This document shows, one piece after another, positions 47,699 to 61,534 of a DNA stretch of 64,000 bases. Made by a program: the position numbers and the translations under genes. Under the pieces are notes generated by a model that worked only from the letters and a program-made list of their open reading frames with translations, did no database searches and had not been told where the DNA came from. Source of the stretch: a bacterium OM1 bin76 (GTDB lineage Bacteria > Actinomycetota > Acidimicrobiia > Spongiisociales > ZC4RG35); assembly GCA_002238785.1 (NCBI GenBank), contig MPNA01000007.1:15583-79582 (forward strand). Direction: 5' to 3'. Position 1 is the stretch's first letter, and the number at the start of each line of letters is the position of its first letter.

Positions 47699-48979
47699 AT
47701 GATCGATATGCGTCCTCTCTCCGAGGTGGATCCCCGCACTGCCGCTTTGATCCGCAGCGACGTGGAGCGGCAGAACAGCCACATTCATCTGATCGCCTCT
47801 GAGAACTTCGCCTCCCCGGCGGTGATGGCCGCCTCCGGGTCGATATTCACCAACAAGTACGCCGAGGGGTATCCGGGCCGCCGGTATTACGAGGGATGTC
47901 ACGTGGTGGACGAGATCGAGACCCTGGCGATCGACAGGGCCAAGGCGCTTTTTGGCGCGGAAGCCGCCAATGTTCAGCCCCATTCGGGGGCACAGGCCAA
48001 CATGAGCGTCTACTTCTCGTTGCTCAAACCGGGAGACCGGGTCCTGGGGATGAGACTCGACCAGGGAGGGCACCTAACCCACGGGTCTCCGGTCAACTTC
48101 TCCGGCCTCTACTACGACTTCGTCGCCTACGGGGTTGATCCGAAAACCGAGCAGATCGACATGGATCAGGTCAGGGAACTGGCGCTGCGGCACCGCCCTC
48201 GCATCCTTCTGGCGGGATACTCCGCCTATTCGCGGCATCTCGACTACCAGGGGTTCCGGGAGATCGCCGACGAGGTGGGCGCCATATTCATGGTGGATGC
48301 CGCTCATTTCATCGGGTTGGTGGCCGGCCAGGCCTATCCCAATCCGGTTCTCCACGCCGACATCGTTACCGGCACCACCCACAAGGCCCTGCGGGGTCCC
48401 CGCGGTGGCCTGGCTCTGGCCAGGGAGGAGTACTCCGGGGCGATCAACAAGGCGGTGTTCCCCAACGCCCAGGGCGGGCCTCTGATCAATCAGGTGGCCG
48501 CCAAGGCGGTGTGCTTTCTGGAGGCGTCCACGCCACTGTTTCACTCCTACGCCACCCAGATCATTCGTAACGCCTCGGCCATGGCCGGCGCCGTGCAGGA
48601 AGCCGGGGCCCGGGTGGTGTCGGGAGGCACCGACAATCACCTGTTCCTGATCGACCTGAGATCGGTTGACGAGGACCTGACCGGACGGGCGGCGGCCCGG
48701 TTGCTGGACGGGCTGGGAATAACCCTCAACTTCAACACCATTCCCTTCGATCCACGCCCTCCCTACCGGGCGTCGGGCCTGCGTATCGGCACTCCCGCCA
48801 TGACCTCCCAGGGCATGACCGAACCACAGGCCCAGCAGGTGGGGTCCCTGATCGTCAGGGCCCTGCAGGAGCGTCACGACGAGTCGGCGTTGCGGGCCAT
48901 CGGAGGGCAGGTTTCGGACTTGGCAGGATCCTTCCAGCCGTACCCGGTTGGTTTTCGAGGATACGGCGAATCCGTATAA
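47699..48979 (+). CDS. glyA: Serine hydroxymethyltransferase
   Basis: ...LIASENF..., ...TGTTHKALRGPRGG... (PLP lysine). About 426 aa from ATG 47699. The track ORF extends upstream artefactually. Confidence 0.9.
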   Translation: MIDMRPLSEVDPRTAALIRSDVERQNSHIHLIASENFASPAVMAASGSIFTNKYAEGYPGRRYYEGCHVVDEIETLAIDRAKALFGAEAANVQPHSGAQANMSVYFSLLKPGDRVLGMRLDQGGHLTHGSPVNFSGLYYDFVAYGVDPKTEQIDMDQVRELALRHRPRILLAGYSAYSRHLDYQGFREIADEVGAIFMVDAAHFIGLVAGQAYPNPVLHADIVTGTTHKALRGPRGGLALAREEYSGAINKAVFPNAQGGPLINQVAAKAVCFLEASTPLFHSYATQIIRNASAMAGAVQEAGARVVSGGTDNHLFLIDLRSVDEDLTGRAAARLLDGLGITLNFNTIPFDPRPPYRASGLRIGTPAMTSQGMTEPQAQQVGSLIVRALQERHDESALRAIGGQVSDLAGSFQPYPVGFRGYGESV

Positions 48980-49014
48980 CCTTTGGTCTTGGTATTCACA
49001 GCACAGGAGAGGTC

Positions 49015-49382
49015 TTGGACGTAGAGGCAATCATCGGGCGCCGCCTGGCGGGGCGAGCGCTCCTGATATCGCCGCTGGCCGCAGTGGTGTCATGGGCACT
49101 GTGGACCGCGGCGGCAGGAGGTTGGGCGGTGGCCGGAGCCTTGGCGGCGGCCGGTTCTTTCGCGGCCACCGGTTGGGGGCTCTCCCTGGCAGCGCGTCGT
49201 TCCTTCGTCACCCTGGGAGCGGTGGCGTTCGGAGGTTTTGTGATCCGGTTGGCGCTGATCACTCTGCTGGTGTGGGCGGCCGTGGCCATCTGGGACGCCC
49301 ACCTGTACGGGATGTTCCTGGGAGTGGGAGCAGCCTGGCTGGGATCGCTCACCATCGAGGCTCGTAGACAGGTGGCCACCGG

Positions 49383-49386
<4 letters not shown>
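49015..49386 (+). CDS. Small hydrophobic protein upstream of atpB (AtpI-like)
   Basis: 123 aa, about four hydrophobic segments, immediately precedes and overlaps the atpB start. Confidence 0.4.
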
Positions 49387-50963
<1,577 letters not shown>

Positions 50964-50967
<4 letters not shown>

Positions 50968-51497
50968 GCGAAGTCACGGAGGGCTACGCAGACGCTCTGT
51001 TCGGACTGGCTGCGGCAGAGTCGCAACTCGAACAGGTGGAGAGTGAACTCTACGTCCTGGCGCGGGCGGTGGAGAGTTCCCCGGAACTGACCGACGCCCT
51101 GTCAGACCCACACCTGCCCTCCGACCGCCGCCAGAGCCTGATGTCTGAACTGCTTTCCGTCCGGGCGGCGCCGGTGACCCGGGAGGCGGTCAGTCTTCTG
51201 ATCCGCATGAACCGGCTCTCCGACGTGGTGGCGATCGCCGACCGCCTGGCCGAGAAGGCGGCGCTTTCCCGGGGCCGCAAGATAGCCGAGGTGCGGTCTG
51301 CGGTGGCGCTGTCACCGGAGACGATCGCCCGGCTGGAAGAAGTCTTAACCAAGGCCGTGGGTCATCCCGTCGAGGTGAGAGCCGTCGTGGATCCCGATGT
51401 CCTGGGGGGAGTGGTGGCCCGGGTGGGGGATCTGGTGGTGGACGGGACGGTTCGCTCCCGGATGAACCAGGTACGCGCCCTGCTGGCCGATGTTTGA
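50964..51497 (+). CDS. atpH: ATP synthase F1 subunit delta
   Basis: 177 aa OSCP-like. Position in the operon. Confidence 0.85.
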
Positions 51498-51513
51498 ATC
51501 TAAGGAGTAGCCC

Positions 51514-53031
51514 ATGGCCCAGATGACGATCACCGCCCACGACATAACCGAGGCGCTCCGAAGGTCCCTCGAAGACTGGAAGCCCTCCATCTCCCGTGAA
51601 ACGGTGGGTTATGTTGCTTCCATCGCGGACGGAGTGGCCCGGGTGAAGGGCCTCCCTCAGGCCATGTCGTCGGAACTGTTGGAATTTCAGGGCGGGCTGC
51701 TGGGAGTGGTGCTCGACTTGGACGAGGATTCCATCGGGGTGGTGATGATGGGAGAGTCGTACCATGTGGAGGAGGGCGACCCCGTCCACCAGACCAGCCG
51801 GGTGCTGGAGATTGGGGTGGGCGACGAACTGCTCGGTCGGGTGATCGACCCGTTGGGCAATCCCATCGACGGCAAGGGTCCCATCAACACCACCGCTCGC
51901 CGCCGCTTGGAGGTGCAGGCGCCCACCGTGGTGGAACGCCAACCCGTCCACGAGCCGCTGCAGACCGGCATCAAGGCGATCGACGCCATGACCCCGGTGG
52001 GACGGGGACAGCGGGAACTCATCATCGGCGACCGCCAGACCGGTAAGACCGCGGTAGTGGTGGACACGATCATCAACCAGCGGGACGCCGGCGTCAAGTG
52101 CGTGTACGTTGCCATAGGCCAGAAGGCCTCCACTGTGGCCGAGGTGGTCGCCTCTCTTGAAGAGCACGGCGCCATGGAGTACACCGTGGTGGTGAACGCC
52201 TCCGCGGCCGCCCCCCCGGCGCTTCAGATGTATGCGCCCTATGCAGGGTCGGCCATCGGCCAGTATTGGATGTACAACGGTGAGCACGCATTGGTGATCT
52301 TCGATGACCTCTCCAAGCAGGCGGTGGCCTACCGGGAAATCGCCTTGTTGCTGCGCCGTCCGCCCGGCAGGGAAGCCTATCCGGGCGACGTGTTCTACCT
52401 CCACAGCCGGTTGCTGGAGCGTTGCGCCAAGCTGTCTGACGAGTTGGGAGGAGGTTCCATGACGGGACTTCCCATCGTGGAGACCAAGGCCGGAGACGTC
52501 TCGGCATTCATTCCCACCAATGTGATCTCCATCACCGACGGGCAGATTTATCTGGAGACCGACCTCTTCTACTCGGGGGTCCGTCCCGCCATCAATGCCG
52601 GAATCTCGGTTTCCAGGGTGGGGGGCGCCGCCCAGTTGAGCGCCATGAAGAAGGTGGCCGGCCCGATCCGGATCAACCTGGCCCAATACCGAGAGCTGGA
52701 GGCTTTCGCGCAGTTCGGGTCGGAACTGGATGCCGCCTCCCAATCGCAATTGGAGCGGGGCGCCAGGGTGGTTGAGGTCCTCAAGCAGCCGCAGTTCCGT
52801 CCGGCCGCCGTGGAAGACCAGGTTGTCTCCCTCTATGCGGTCACCAATGGCTTCATGGATGAAGCGCCGGTGGCAGAGATCCAACGGTTCGAACGGGAAC
52901 TCAACGCTCACCTGCGCCGCCGCCACGGGCACCTGCTGCGTGGCATCGCGGAGACCGGGAAGCTTCCGGACACCGCAACTCTGGATGCCGCGATAGGGGA
53001 GTTCGCCAAGAGCTTCCGTTCCGGAGACTGA
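51514..53031 (+). CDS. atpA: ATP synthase F1 subunit alpha
   Basis: [10 protein letters not shown] (P-loop) and ...[18 protein letters not shown]... 505 aa. Confidence 0.95.
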   Translation: MAQMTITAHDITEALRRSLEDWKPSISRETVGYVASIADGVARVKGLPQAMSSELLEFQGGLLGVVLDLDEDSIGVVMMGESYHVEEGDPVHQTSRVLEIGVGDELLGRVIDPLGNPIDGKGPINTTARRRLEVQAPTVVERQPVHEPLQTGIKAIDAMTPVGRGQRELIIGDRQTGKTAVVVDTIINQRDAGVKCVYVAIGQKASTVAEVVASLEEHGAMEYTVVVNASAAAPPALQMYAPYAGSAIGQYWMYNGEHALVIFDDLSKQAVAYREIALLLRRPPGREAYPGDVFYLHSRLLERCAKLSDELGGGSMTGLPIVETKAGDVSAFIPTNVISITDGQIYLETDLFYSGVRPAINAGISVSRVGGAAQLSAMKKVAGPIRINLAQYRELEAFAQFGSELDAASQSQLERGARVVEVLKQPQFRPAAVEDQVVSLYAVTNGFMDEAPVAEIQRFERELNAHLRRRHGHLLRGIAETGKLPDTATLDAAIGEFAKSFRSGD

Positions 53032-53041
53032 GCGTCCGCCT

Positions 53042-53929
53042 GTGGCTTCCGCCGAACTGCGAATCATCCGCCGGCGTATCGCCAGCGTTTCGGCCACCCG
53101 CAAGATCACCCGGGCGATGGAGTTGATCGCGGCGTCGCGGATCGTCAAAGCCCAGCAAAGAGTGCTGCAGTCCCGACCCTACGTGAGCCGGCTGATCGAA
53201 GTGATCAGCAATGTGGGACGGGATTCGGGGGGTTCGGGGCATCTCCTCTCGGAAGTGAGAGACGTCTCCACAGTGGGGATGGTGATCATCAGTTCCGACC
53301 GGGGACTGGCAGGCGCCTACAACGCCAACCTGATTCGCATGGCCGAGAGAGCGATCGGCCATCATACCCTGGAGGGTCGTGACACCCGCCTGTTCGTGAT
53401 CGGCAAGAAGGCGCAGGGTTACCTGCGATTCCGGGGATACCGGATCGATCAATCCTTCAACGGCATGACCGATCAGCCCAACTACGGGCATGCCCGGGCG
53501 GTGGCCAACCTGGTGATCGAGTCCTATGTTTCAGAAGAGGTGGACGCGGTTGAGGTCTTCTACACCGACTACCGGTCGGTTCTCCACCAGGTCCCCACCA
53601 GGGTGGAGCTTCTGCCGGTGCATCCCCCGGCACAAGAGAGCGAGGAAGAGGCGGGATCGGTGTCCTACAGTTACGAACCTTCTCCCGAGGAGATCCTGAG
53701 CAGGATTCTCCCCCGCTACATCGAGGCGGCCACCTTCGGGTTCTTGTTGGAGAGTTCGGCCTCCGAACACGCCTCCCGGCAGCGGGCGATGAAGGCGGCC
53801 ACCGACAATGCCGCAGAACTCACAAAAGTATTGACCAGGGTGGCCAATCAGGCCCGGCAGGCCGAGATCACCACCGAGATATCAGAGATCGTGGGTGGCG
53901 CCGAAGCGCTCATGGCCTCCGACCGTTAA
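53042..53929 (+). CDS. atpG: ATP synthase F1 subunit gamma
   Basis: ...LRIIRRRIASVSATRKITRAMELIAASR..., C-terminal ...ITTEISEIVGGAEAL. Confidence 0.9.
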   Translation: MASAELRIIRRRIASVSATRKITRAMELIAASRIVKAQQRVLQSRPYVSRLIEVISNVGRDSGGSGHLLSEVRDVSTVGMVIISSDRGLAGAYNANLIRMAERAIGHHTLEGRDTRLFVIGKKAQGYLRFRGYRIDQSFNGMTDQPNYGHARAVANLVIESYVSEEVDAVEVFYTDYRSVLHQVPTRVELLPVHPPAQESEEEAGSVSYSYEPSPEEILSRILPRYIEAATFGFLLESSASEHASRQRAMKAATDNAAELTKVLTRVANQARQAEITTEISEIVGGAEALMASDR

Positions 53930-53939
53930 GACGAATTAA

Positions 53940-55373
<1,434 letters not shown>

Positions 55374-55375
55374 CT

Positions 55376-55705
55376 GTGGCCCGTCCCTTCAGTGTCGACG
55401 TGGTCTCACCGGAGGGGACCCTCTGGTCGGGCGATGCTCAGTTCTTGGTGGCTCGCACCACCGAAGGCGAGATCGGAATACTGGCCGGTCACGAGCCGTT
55501 GATGGCCGCTCTGGCCGCTGGTGCGGTGCTGATCGACCATGATGACGACCAGCGGACCACCATTGCGGTGCACGGGGGATTCATGCAGGTCGTGGAGAAC
55601 CGCGTCACCCTGCTGACCGACCGTGCCAAGATCACCGCCGGGGACCGCGACGAGGCCATCGAGGAAGCGCGCCGGCTGGCTGAAAGCGAGTCGCCTGGGT
55701 TCTAG
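55376..55705 (+). CDS. atpC: ATP synthase F1 subunit epsilon
   Basis: 109 aa. N-terminal beta sandwich. Position in the operon. Confidence 0.85.
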   Translation: MARPFSVDVVSPEGTLWSGDAQFLVARTTEGEIGILAGHEPLMAALAAGAVLIDHDDDQRTTIAVHGGFMQVVENRVTLLTDRAKITAGDRDEAIEEARRLAESESPGF

Positions 55706-55762
55706 CAGGACCAACTCAACCCAAAGGCGCCTCCGGCGTCCTGCCAACGTGTCGATGTTCCC

Positions 55763-56062
55763 TTGGATCCCAGCACCCAGCGACGGGATATCGATGAGTT
55801 GCGAAACGCGCTGATGGAAGCGTTCTGGGCCCGTATGCAAGTCGAACTTGTAGACCGAAGACGCTGGCTGACCCGTATCGAACTCGCCAACGCTATCTTC
55901 GAGTACCTTGAAGTCTTCCACAATGGCCAACGCCGCCACACCGCCTTGGATATGCTGACGCCGATCGAATACGAGAGAATCCACTACCACAACAACCCAA
56001 ACCGTCGTAACGCTGATCCAAGTGAGCTGACTCCACAAAACCGGGTCACCATCAACCGATGA
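55763..56062 (+). pseudogene. IS3-family transposase OrfB, C-terminal remnant only
   Basis: ...FWARMQVELVDRRRWLTRIELANAIFEYLEVFHNGQRRHTALDMLTPIEYE is the conserved rve C-terminal tail. No upstream DDE core or orfA. Confidence 0.6.
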
Positions 56063-56255
56063 GAGACATAACTGAGTTGAACGGTTTCTCGTAATGTGAC
56101 CAAGAGTCTGTTTGTTAGTTTCAGAGTGAATAGTGGCTGTGGTGCACCATTAGGAGAGTCGGGGTGGTTCGCGTTGAAGGAAGTTCCTTGAGGCATCAGA
56201 CGGCAGGGTGGGGTGTATGCGGGGTGTTGATCTGCTACAAGTAGAGTTCTGTGCG

Positions 56256-57008
56256 ATGAAGGGCGCTCGGCACCGGTTGATCAAGGATCTCCTTCGGGAT
56301 AGGGGCGAGATGACGGTGCGTGCTTTGGCCCGGGAACTTGGGGTGAGCGAAGCAACAATTCGGCGAGACCTCAAGGAACTGTTGGGCACTAGCGGCCTAC
56401 GCCGTGTCCATGGAGGCGCGGCGTTTATGGAAGATGTGGAACCCCCCGTGGTGGCCCGCCGGAGAAAAAATGCCGAGGAGAAAATAGCCTTGGCGGCTTA
56501 CGCTGCGTCACGCATTCCGGAAGGCGCCACCGTTTTCATCGGGAGTGGATCGACGATGTCCTTCTTGGCTGAAGCCTTGGTTGTGCGGAGAGAATTGACT
56601 GTTATCACCAATGCCTGCAATGTTGCGGTGACCTTGGCCTCAGCCACCGGCGTCGATGTGTGTATGACCGGTGGCGCTCTTAGGAGAGGCGAGATGTCTC
56701 TAATCGGTGCTATCGCCGAAGAGAGCGTCACCAGCCTGGAATTCGAGACTGCATTCATGAGCATCCAGGGGATCGACCCAAACGTTGGCCTGACCAACAG
56801 CTTCGTACCGGAGGCGAGTATGGATAGGGCAGTGGTAGCGCACGCTCCACGATTGGTGATTCTGGCCGAAGGATACAAACTCGGGCGGGTCGCTCCTGTG
56901 GTGGTTGGTTCAGTCGAGGTAATGGATTCCCTCATTACCAGCCGGACGGCGAACCAGTCTCAGATAGATCGACTGGTGGATTTGGGCGTTGAGGTGGAAC
57001 TTGTGTGA
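56256..57008 (+). CDS. DeoR-family transcriptional regulator
   Basis: N-terminal HTH (MTVRALARELGVSEATIRRDLKEL) plus a C-terminal DeoR sugar-phosphate sensor domain. Confidence 0.8.
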   Translation: MKGARHRLIKDLLRDRGEMTVRALARELGVSEATIRRDLKELLGTSGLRRVHGGAAFMEDVEPPVVARRRKNAEEKIALAAYAASRIPEGATVFIGSGSTMSFLAEALVVRRELTVITNACNVAVTLASATGVDVCMTGGALRRGEMSLIGAIAEESVTSLEFETAFMSIQGIDPNVGLTNSFVPEASMDRAVVAHAPRLVILAEGYKLGRVAPVVVGSVEVMDSLITSRTANQSQIDRLVDLGVEVELV

Positions 57009-57124
57009 TCGTCGGCTGCCACGGCGCATCCTGCTGCGGCCGCTCCAACCCTTAATCGGTTACGAGTCCCCAGATAGCGGCCCGTGGGATGTCGGTTTGC
57101 GCAGACACTCGGCACGACAACCAC

Positions 57125-58075
57125 CTAGGCAAGACGGGCCAGGTCCGCAACCACCTCGGCACGGGCCTCGGGGAACCAGGTAGAGGCATTGGCCGCGCCT
57201 GCGCAAACGCCGGCTAGGAGCGGATCGGCAACTTCTGAGAGGGTTCCGTGGCCGGCGGCGAGATAGCCGGCTAGGAAGGCATCACCGCTGGCGGTGGGGT
57301 TTCGGGTCTCCACGGTAGGAGATGTGAGCCAGCGGAGTTCTCCAGATGTCTTGTGGGCCGCTCCGGCCCTACCGGCGGTCACGATCAAATTATCGATATA
57401 CCCGCCCAGTACCTCACATGCTCCCAGCGTTCGGGCCTTTGTGTTACCAACAGGAATGTCTTCGTCAACGGCTAGCCCAAGCCGCATTGCCAAGTCAACG
57501 GCTTCGGCCAGATTGACCTTGATCGATATCTTTCCCAGGTGCCGTACCGCTGCGACAAGTGGCGCTCCCGATGTGTCTACCCAGATCTCGGTGTGACCGC
57601 CCAATGCCTTGAAGAGCATTTCAGCGGCCGGGACACCCTTCACGGTGGGGAAACTCCCGGAAACGCAGATGACGTCGGCATCGTCGGCTGATTCTGACAC
57701 CAGGTCCACGAAAGAGGCCCAGGTAGCGGGATCGATGATCGGCGGTGGATCGCTGGTGGAAATCACCAGCGCGTCGCTGGTGGAGACCAGGATGGGGCAA
57801 ATGCGCACCTTGGCCGCAGGCGCCAAGGCCGTTCTCAACGTCAGCCGGTCTTGTTCGCACAGAGCTTGCAGGAGTTCGGCGCCGAGGCCACCGCAGCAGG
57901 CGACCGTTTGAGCCTCGAGGCCGAAGGCGGCGGCAAACCTGGCCAGGTTGATTCCCTTTCCGCCCGCGGTGGTTCGGCTTTGGCCGGCTCGGGTAGTCTC
58001 ATCGTTCTGCAACCGGTCCGTTATGACGGTGTGATCGATCGCCGGATTGGGGCAAACACAGAGCAACCGCATCAT
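57125..58075 (-). CDS. PfkB-family sugar(-phosphate) kinase (1-phosphofructokinase / tagatose-6-P kinase / fructosamine kinase-like)
   Basis: ...TTAGGKGINLA... (GG motif) and a C-terminal ...PTASGDAFLAGYL... (DTxGAGD-type motif). Confidence 0.8.
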   Translation of the reverse strand: MMRLLCVCPNPAIDHTVITDRLQNDETTRAGQSRTTAGGKGINLARFAAAFGLEAQTVACCGGLGAELLQALCEQDRLTLRTALAPAAKVRICPILVSTSDALVISTSDPPPIIDPATWASFVDLVSESADDADVICVSGSFPTVKGVPAAEMLFKALGGHTEIWVDTSGAPLVAAVRHLGKISIKVNLAEAVDLAMRLGLAVDEDIPVGNTKARTLGACEVLGGYIDNLIVTAGRAGAAHKTSGELRWLTSPTVETRNPTASGDAFLAGYLAAGHGTLSEVADPLLAGVCAGAANASTWFPEARAEVVADLARLA

Positions 58076-58214
58076 TTGAGTCTTGTCCGGTTGAACCTGG
58101 CGTAGTCATTGATGTGCGCGAGGTCTCCTTTTGGCCCCACCATCGTTCTGATCGGCTTAAGTTTTCTGGTGTTATTGCGCATATTTAGGCATATTATCTC
58201 TATACTGAGCGTAA

Positions 58215-59108
58215 ATGAGCATTACTCGTGCAGAGATAAACAGCCAATCAGAGGTATGGAGCGACTCTCGAGTCCCGGAATTGGCGCGTGGCTTGCCGGA
58301 GCGGGGGGCATGGGTCGGCATAACCGGGTGTGGAACATCATTGCACGTCGCCCAGTCCTACGCGGCTTTCCGAGAAGACAACGGTCATGGCCTGACCGAT
58401 GTCTTCCCCGCTTCGCTGGCGCCACAGCGAGAATGGGATGTTCTGATCGCTCTCTCCAGGTCGGGCACCACCACCGAGGTTGTGGAGGCGATACGAAGGA
58501 GTCGCGCCGGCAAGGTGGTTGCATTGACCGCCACCGAGGGGAGCCCTATCGCATCGAAGGCTGATGTGAGTCTAATAGCGCCTTTCGCCGATGAACAGTC
58601 GGTGGTACAGACCCGATTCGCCACCATGGCCTTGCTGGTCCTTCTGACCAGTGTCGGCTATCAGATCGAAAGGGCGGCGGCGGATCTCTCCGGCAACGGG
58701 GTCGAGCCTCGGCCCGCGGATGTCGGGGGGCGATCACATTTCGTCTTCGTTGGCACTGGCTGGACCTACGGGATCGCCAACGAGGCCGCCCTGAAACTGA
58801 GGGAGATGGCCCACCTTTGGTCGGAGTCGTATCCGGCAATGGAGTTTCGTCACGGGCCGATCTCGGCGGCCGGATCCCGGACTCTTGTCTGGGGATTCGG
58901 GAAAAGGGACGAGGCATTGATAAAGGCCTCGTCCGCCACCGGAGCAGCCGTTCATTGGCCTGAGTGCGATCCGTTGGCTTCCTTGGTCGGCGTTCAGCGG
59001 CTGGGTCTACGGATGGCGGCCGAAAGAGGCCACAACCCTGACAAACCCCGCCACCTGACCAGGTCGGTCATTCTTGACCGGGTGCGTCACATTCCGGCAA
59101 GGCGTTGA
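58215..59108 (+). CDS. Double SIS-domain sugar isomerase/deglycase (AgaS/FrlB/GlmS-C-like)
   Basis: Two SIS halves: ...GITGCGTSLHVAQ...LIALSRSGTTTE... and ...VFVGTGWTYGIANEAALKLREMA... Confidence 0.7.
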   Translation: MSITRAEINSQSEVWSDSRVPELARGLPERGAWVGITGCGTSLHVAQSYAAFREDNGHGLTDVFPASLAPQREWDVLIALSRSGTTTEVVEAIRRSRAGKVVALTATEGSPIASKADVSLIAPFADEQSVVQTRFATMALLVLLTSVGYQIERAAADLSGNGVEPRPADVGGRSHFVFVGTGWTYGIANEAALKLREMAHLWSESYPAMEFRHGPISAAGSRTLVWGFGKRDEALIKASSATGAAVHWPECDPLASLVGVQRLGLRMAAERGHNPDKPRHLTRSVILDRVRHIPARR

Positions 59109-59147
59109 TTTCGAAAATCTGTCGATACGTAAAGGAGAACGTGCAAT

Positions 59148-60545
59148 ATGAGATTCGTCACAATCAAGGGCATCCGCGGAATAGGGTCGCTGAGGCAGAT
59201 CCTCACCGTTTTGGTTGTCCTGGCAATGGTGAGCGCGGCTTGCGGAGGCGACGACAGCTCGGCGTCCCCCACCACCGAAGCGCCGCCTCAAACGACCGCT
59301 GCCCCACCGAGCGAACCCGAGGAGACCGAAACCACGGAAGCCGCACCCGCAGAGCCGCAAACCGTCAGGTACTTCTCAATGTGGAACGAAGGCGAGCCTC
59401 AGCAGGTGGTGCTGCAAGGCATCATTGACGACTTCGAATCCGAGACCGGGATCGAAGTCGATGTGCTGTGGGGAGGCCGGGAGATACTGACCAGTGTCCG
59501 GGCTGCGTTGTCGGCCGGAGATCCCGTCGACCTGGTGGACCTGGACGCTGAACCGCTGGTTGGAGCGCTGGTGAACACCGGCGAGACTGTTTCGCTGGCC
59601 GGGGTGCTGGACATGCAGATTCCCGGTGAGAACAACACCGTGGGTGACGTCATCCCCGCGGCGTTCCTGGACGTTTATGCCATCGATGGGGAACCTCATC
59701 TGATTCCCTATGAGGTCATATCGTCGGGGATCCACTACGACGGTTCGCGTCTCGCTTCCCTTGGGATCGATCCTCCGGAGACATGGGACGAGTTCATCGC
59801 CGCCAGCGTAGCAGCCGGGGAGAACGCCGTTCAGGCCGATGGGCTGATCAACTTCTATAACGCCTACTGGCTGTACTGGCTGATGGTCCGCCATGGAGGA
59901 CCGGGCGTCTTCTACGAAGCCGCTTCCGATCCGACCGGTGAGGCCTGGCGGTCAGAAGCCATCGTGAATGCGGTGAACGACCTGGTGAAGTTGGTGGAGT
60001 CGGGAGCGATGGCTGAGGGATACGATGGCAGCAATTATCCCCTCGCTCAGCAGGAATGGGCGGTCGGCAACGGAACGTTCATGGTGAACGGGACATGGCT
60101 GGCGTCCGAAACGTCGAGTTACGCTGCCGAGGGCTTCGATTACAGGCTCCTCTCCTTCCCAACGGTGCCGGGCGGGTTTGATTCGGCTGAGCTGTATCAG
60201 ATCGGCTGGGTTGTCCCCAGGGCGGCGCAAACCCCGGATGCCGCAATGGACTTTATCGCCTACTCGTTGAACCGGGAACGTCTTGCCGGTATCGCGGATG
60301 TGGCGAAGAACATAACCCCCCGCTCCGACATCGGCGTACCTCCCGAGATCCAGGACGCCGCTGACATATTCGCTTCGGAGCCTCCGGTCCATCGGATCTA
60401 CGACGGTGTGCAGGGCGACTTCCCCGAGTATTGGGAGACGGTCTTCCTGCCACTTGACGACCAGTTGTTCTTCGGACAGATCGGGGCACAGGAGTTCATC
60501 GACAAGATCACATCAGCCACCGCCGACTACTGGGCGTCCCGATAA
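59148..60545 (+). CDS. ABC transporter substrate-binding lipoprotein (carbohydrate, family 1)
   Basis: Lipoprotein signal ...LVVLAMVSAACGG followed by a low-complexity linker, then an SBP_bac_1-like domain. Confidence 0.75.
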   Translation: MRFVTIKGIRGIGSLRQILTVLVVLAMVSAACGGDDSSASPTTEAPPQTTAAPPSEPEETETTEAAPAEPQTVRYFSMWNEGEPQQVVLQGIIDDFESETGIEVDVLWGGREILTSVRAALSAGDPVDLVDLDAEPLVGALVNTGETVSLAGVLDMQIPGENNTVGDVIPAAFLDVYAIDGEPHLIPYEVISSGIHYDGSRLASLGIDPPETWDEFIAASVAAGENAVQADGLINFYNAYWLYWLMVRHGGPGVFYEAASDPTGEAWRSEAIVNAVNDLVKLVESGAMAEGYDGSNYPLAQQEWAVGNGTFMVNGTWLASETSSYAAEGFDYRLLSFPTVPGGFDSAELYQIGWVVPRAAQTPDAAMDFIAYSLNRERLAGIADVAKNITPRSDIGVPPEIQDAADIFASEPPVHRIYDGVQGDFPEYWETVFLPLDDQLFFGQIGAQEFIDKITSATADYWASR

Positions 60546-60577
60546 TGGAATGACCGGTTAGAAAAACTGCAAGTACG

Positions 60578-61534
60578 ATGGTCAAGAGCGTGGGCGTGCT
60601 CCCAGGTTCGATGAGGAGACCCAGGACGAGTCTCCACCGTCAACCTGGAAGGTCCGTGCCTCGGCAGGCCGGGATCTTCCTTGCCCCCGCCTTGATCATT
60701 TACTTGCTGATCATTGTGGCGCCGACAGTCGCCACGATCTGGATCAGCCTCACCGAGTGGAAGGGGATCGGCGACGAGGCCACGTTCGTAGGCATTGACA
60801 ATTACCGGCGGTTGTGGCAGGATGAGACGTTTCGGGCGTCTTTCAACCGAACCCTGACCATCCTGGTGGTTGGCGGCGTAATTGTCTTTGCCTGTGCATT
60901 CGTGTTCACGATGCTCCTCCGGGAACTGCGCTCCAGAAAGTTCGTCCGAGCGGTCATCTTCTTTCCGAACATCGTTCCTCCCGTCGCCCTCGCCATCGCC
61001 TGGGGCGTTCTGTTGGCGCCCCGGAGTGGGCTTCTCAACGGGTTCCTCGAGGCCATAGGGCTCTCCTCGCTAACCCAGACATGGCTGTCCCCGGATCTGT
61101 TCTTCGGGTCGATCATGGCTGGCCTCATCTGGATCTACACAGGCTTTTTCGCGACCATCCTGATGGCAGGTGTAGACCGGGTCCCGAACTACTTTTACGA
61201 AGCCGCCGGACTCGAGGGCGCTTCTTCCCGGCAGTTGTTCACCAGGGTCACGATCCCCTTGACATGGGACGTGCTCAGCGTCTCGGCGGTGCTTTGGGTG
61301 ATAGTCGCAATCAAGACGTTTGAGTTCATCTACGCGTTGGGAGGTTCGGGTACCGATCCATCGGCGGCATCCTGGACTCTTCCCGTCCACATGTACGTCA
61401 TAGCTCTTGGCAATCGCAGCCCCATACTCGCCCTGGGACAAGGCAGCGCCATCGCGGTGATAATGGTGATAATGGTTGGGTTGCTGGTAGTGCTGCTAAG
61501 GCGTTTGATGCGGCGAGGGGTGGTGGAGTTCTGA
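60578..61534 (+). CDS. ABC transporter permease (MalF/UgpA-type)
   Basis: Multi-TM protein with the EAA-like loop ...YFYEAAGLEGASSRQLFTRVTIPL... Confidence 0.8.
   Translation: MVKSVGVLPGSMRRPRTSLHRQPGRSVPRQAGIFLAPALIIYLLIIVAPTVATIWISLTEWKGIGDEATFVGIDNYRRLWQDETFRASFNRTLTILVVGGVIVFACAFVFTMLLRELRSRKFVRAVIFFPNIVPPVALAIAWGVLLAPRSGLLNGFLEAIGLSSLTQTWLSPDLFFGSIMAGLIWIYTGFFATILMAGVDRVPNYFYEAAGLEGASSRQLFTRVTIPLTWDVLSVSAVLWVIVAIKTFEFIYALGGSGTDPSAASWTLPVHMYVIALGNRSPILALGQGSAIAVIMVIMVGLLVVLLRRLMRRGVVEF

Noticed and set aside
55706-55745. Possible intrinsic terminator after atpC (GCAGGAC...GTCCTGC)
   Set aside because: 7-bp stem with a ~27-nt loop and no U-tract. Not a convincing Rho-independent terminator.
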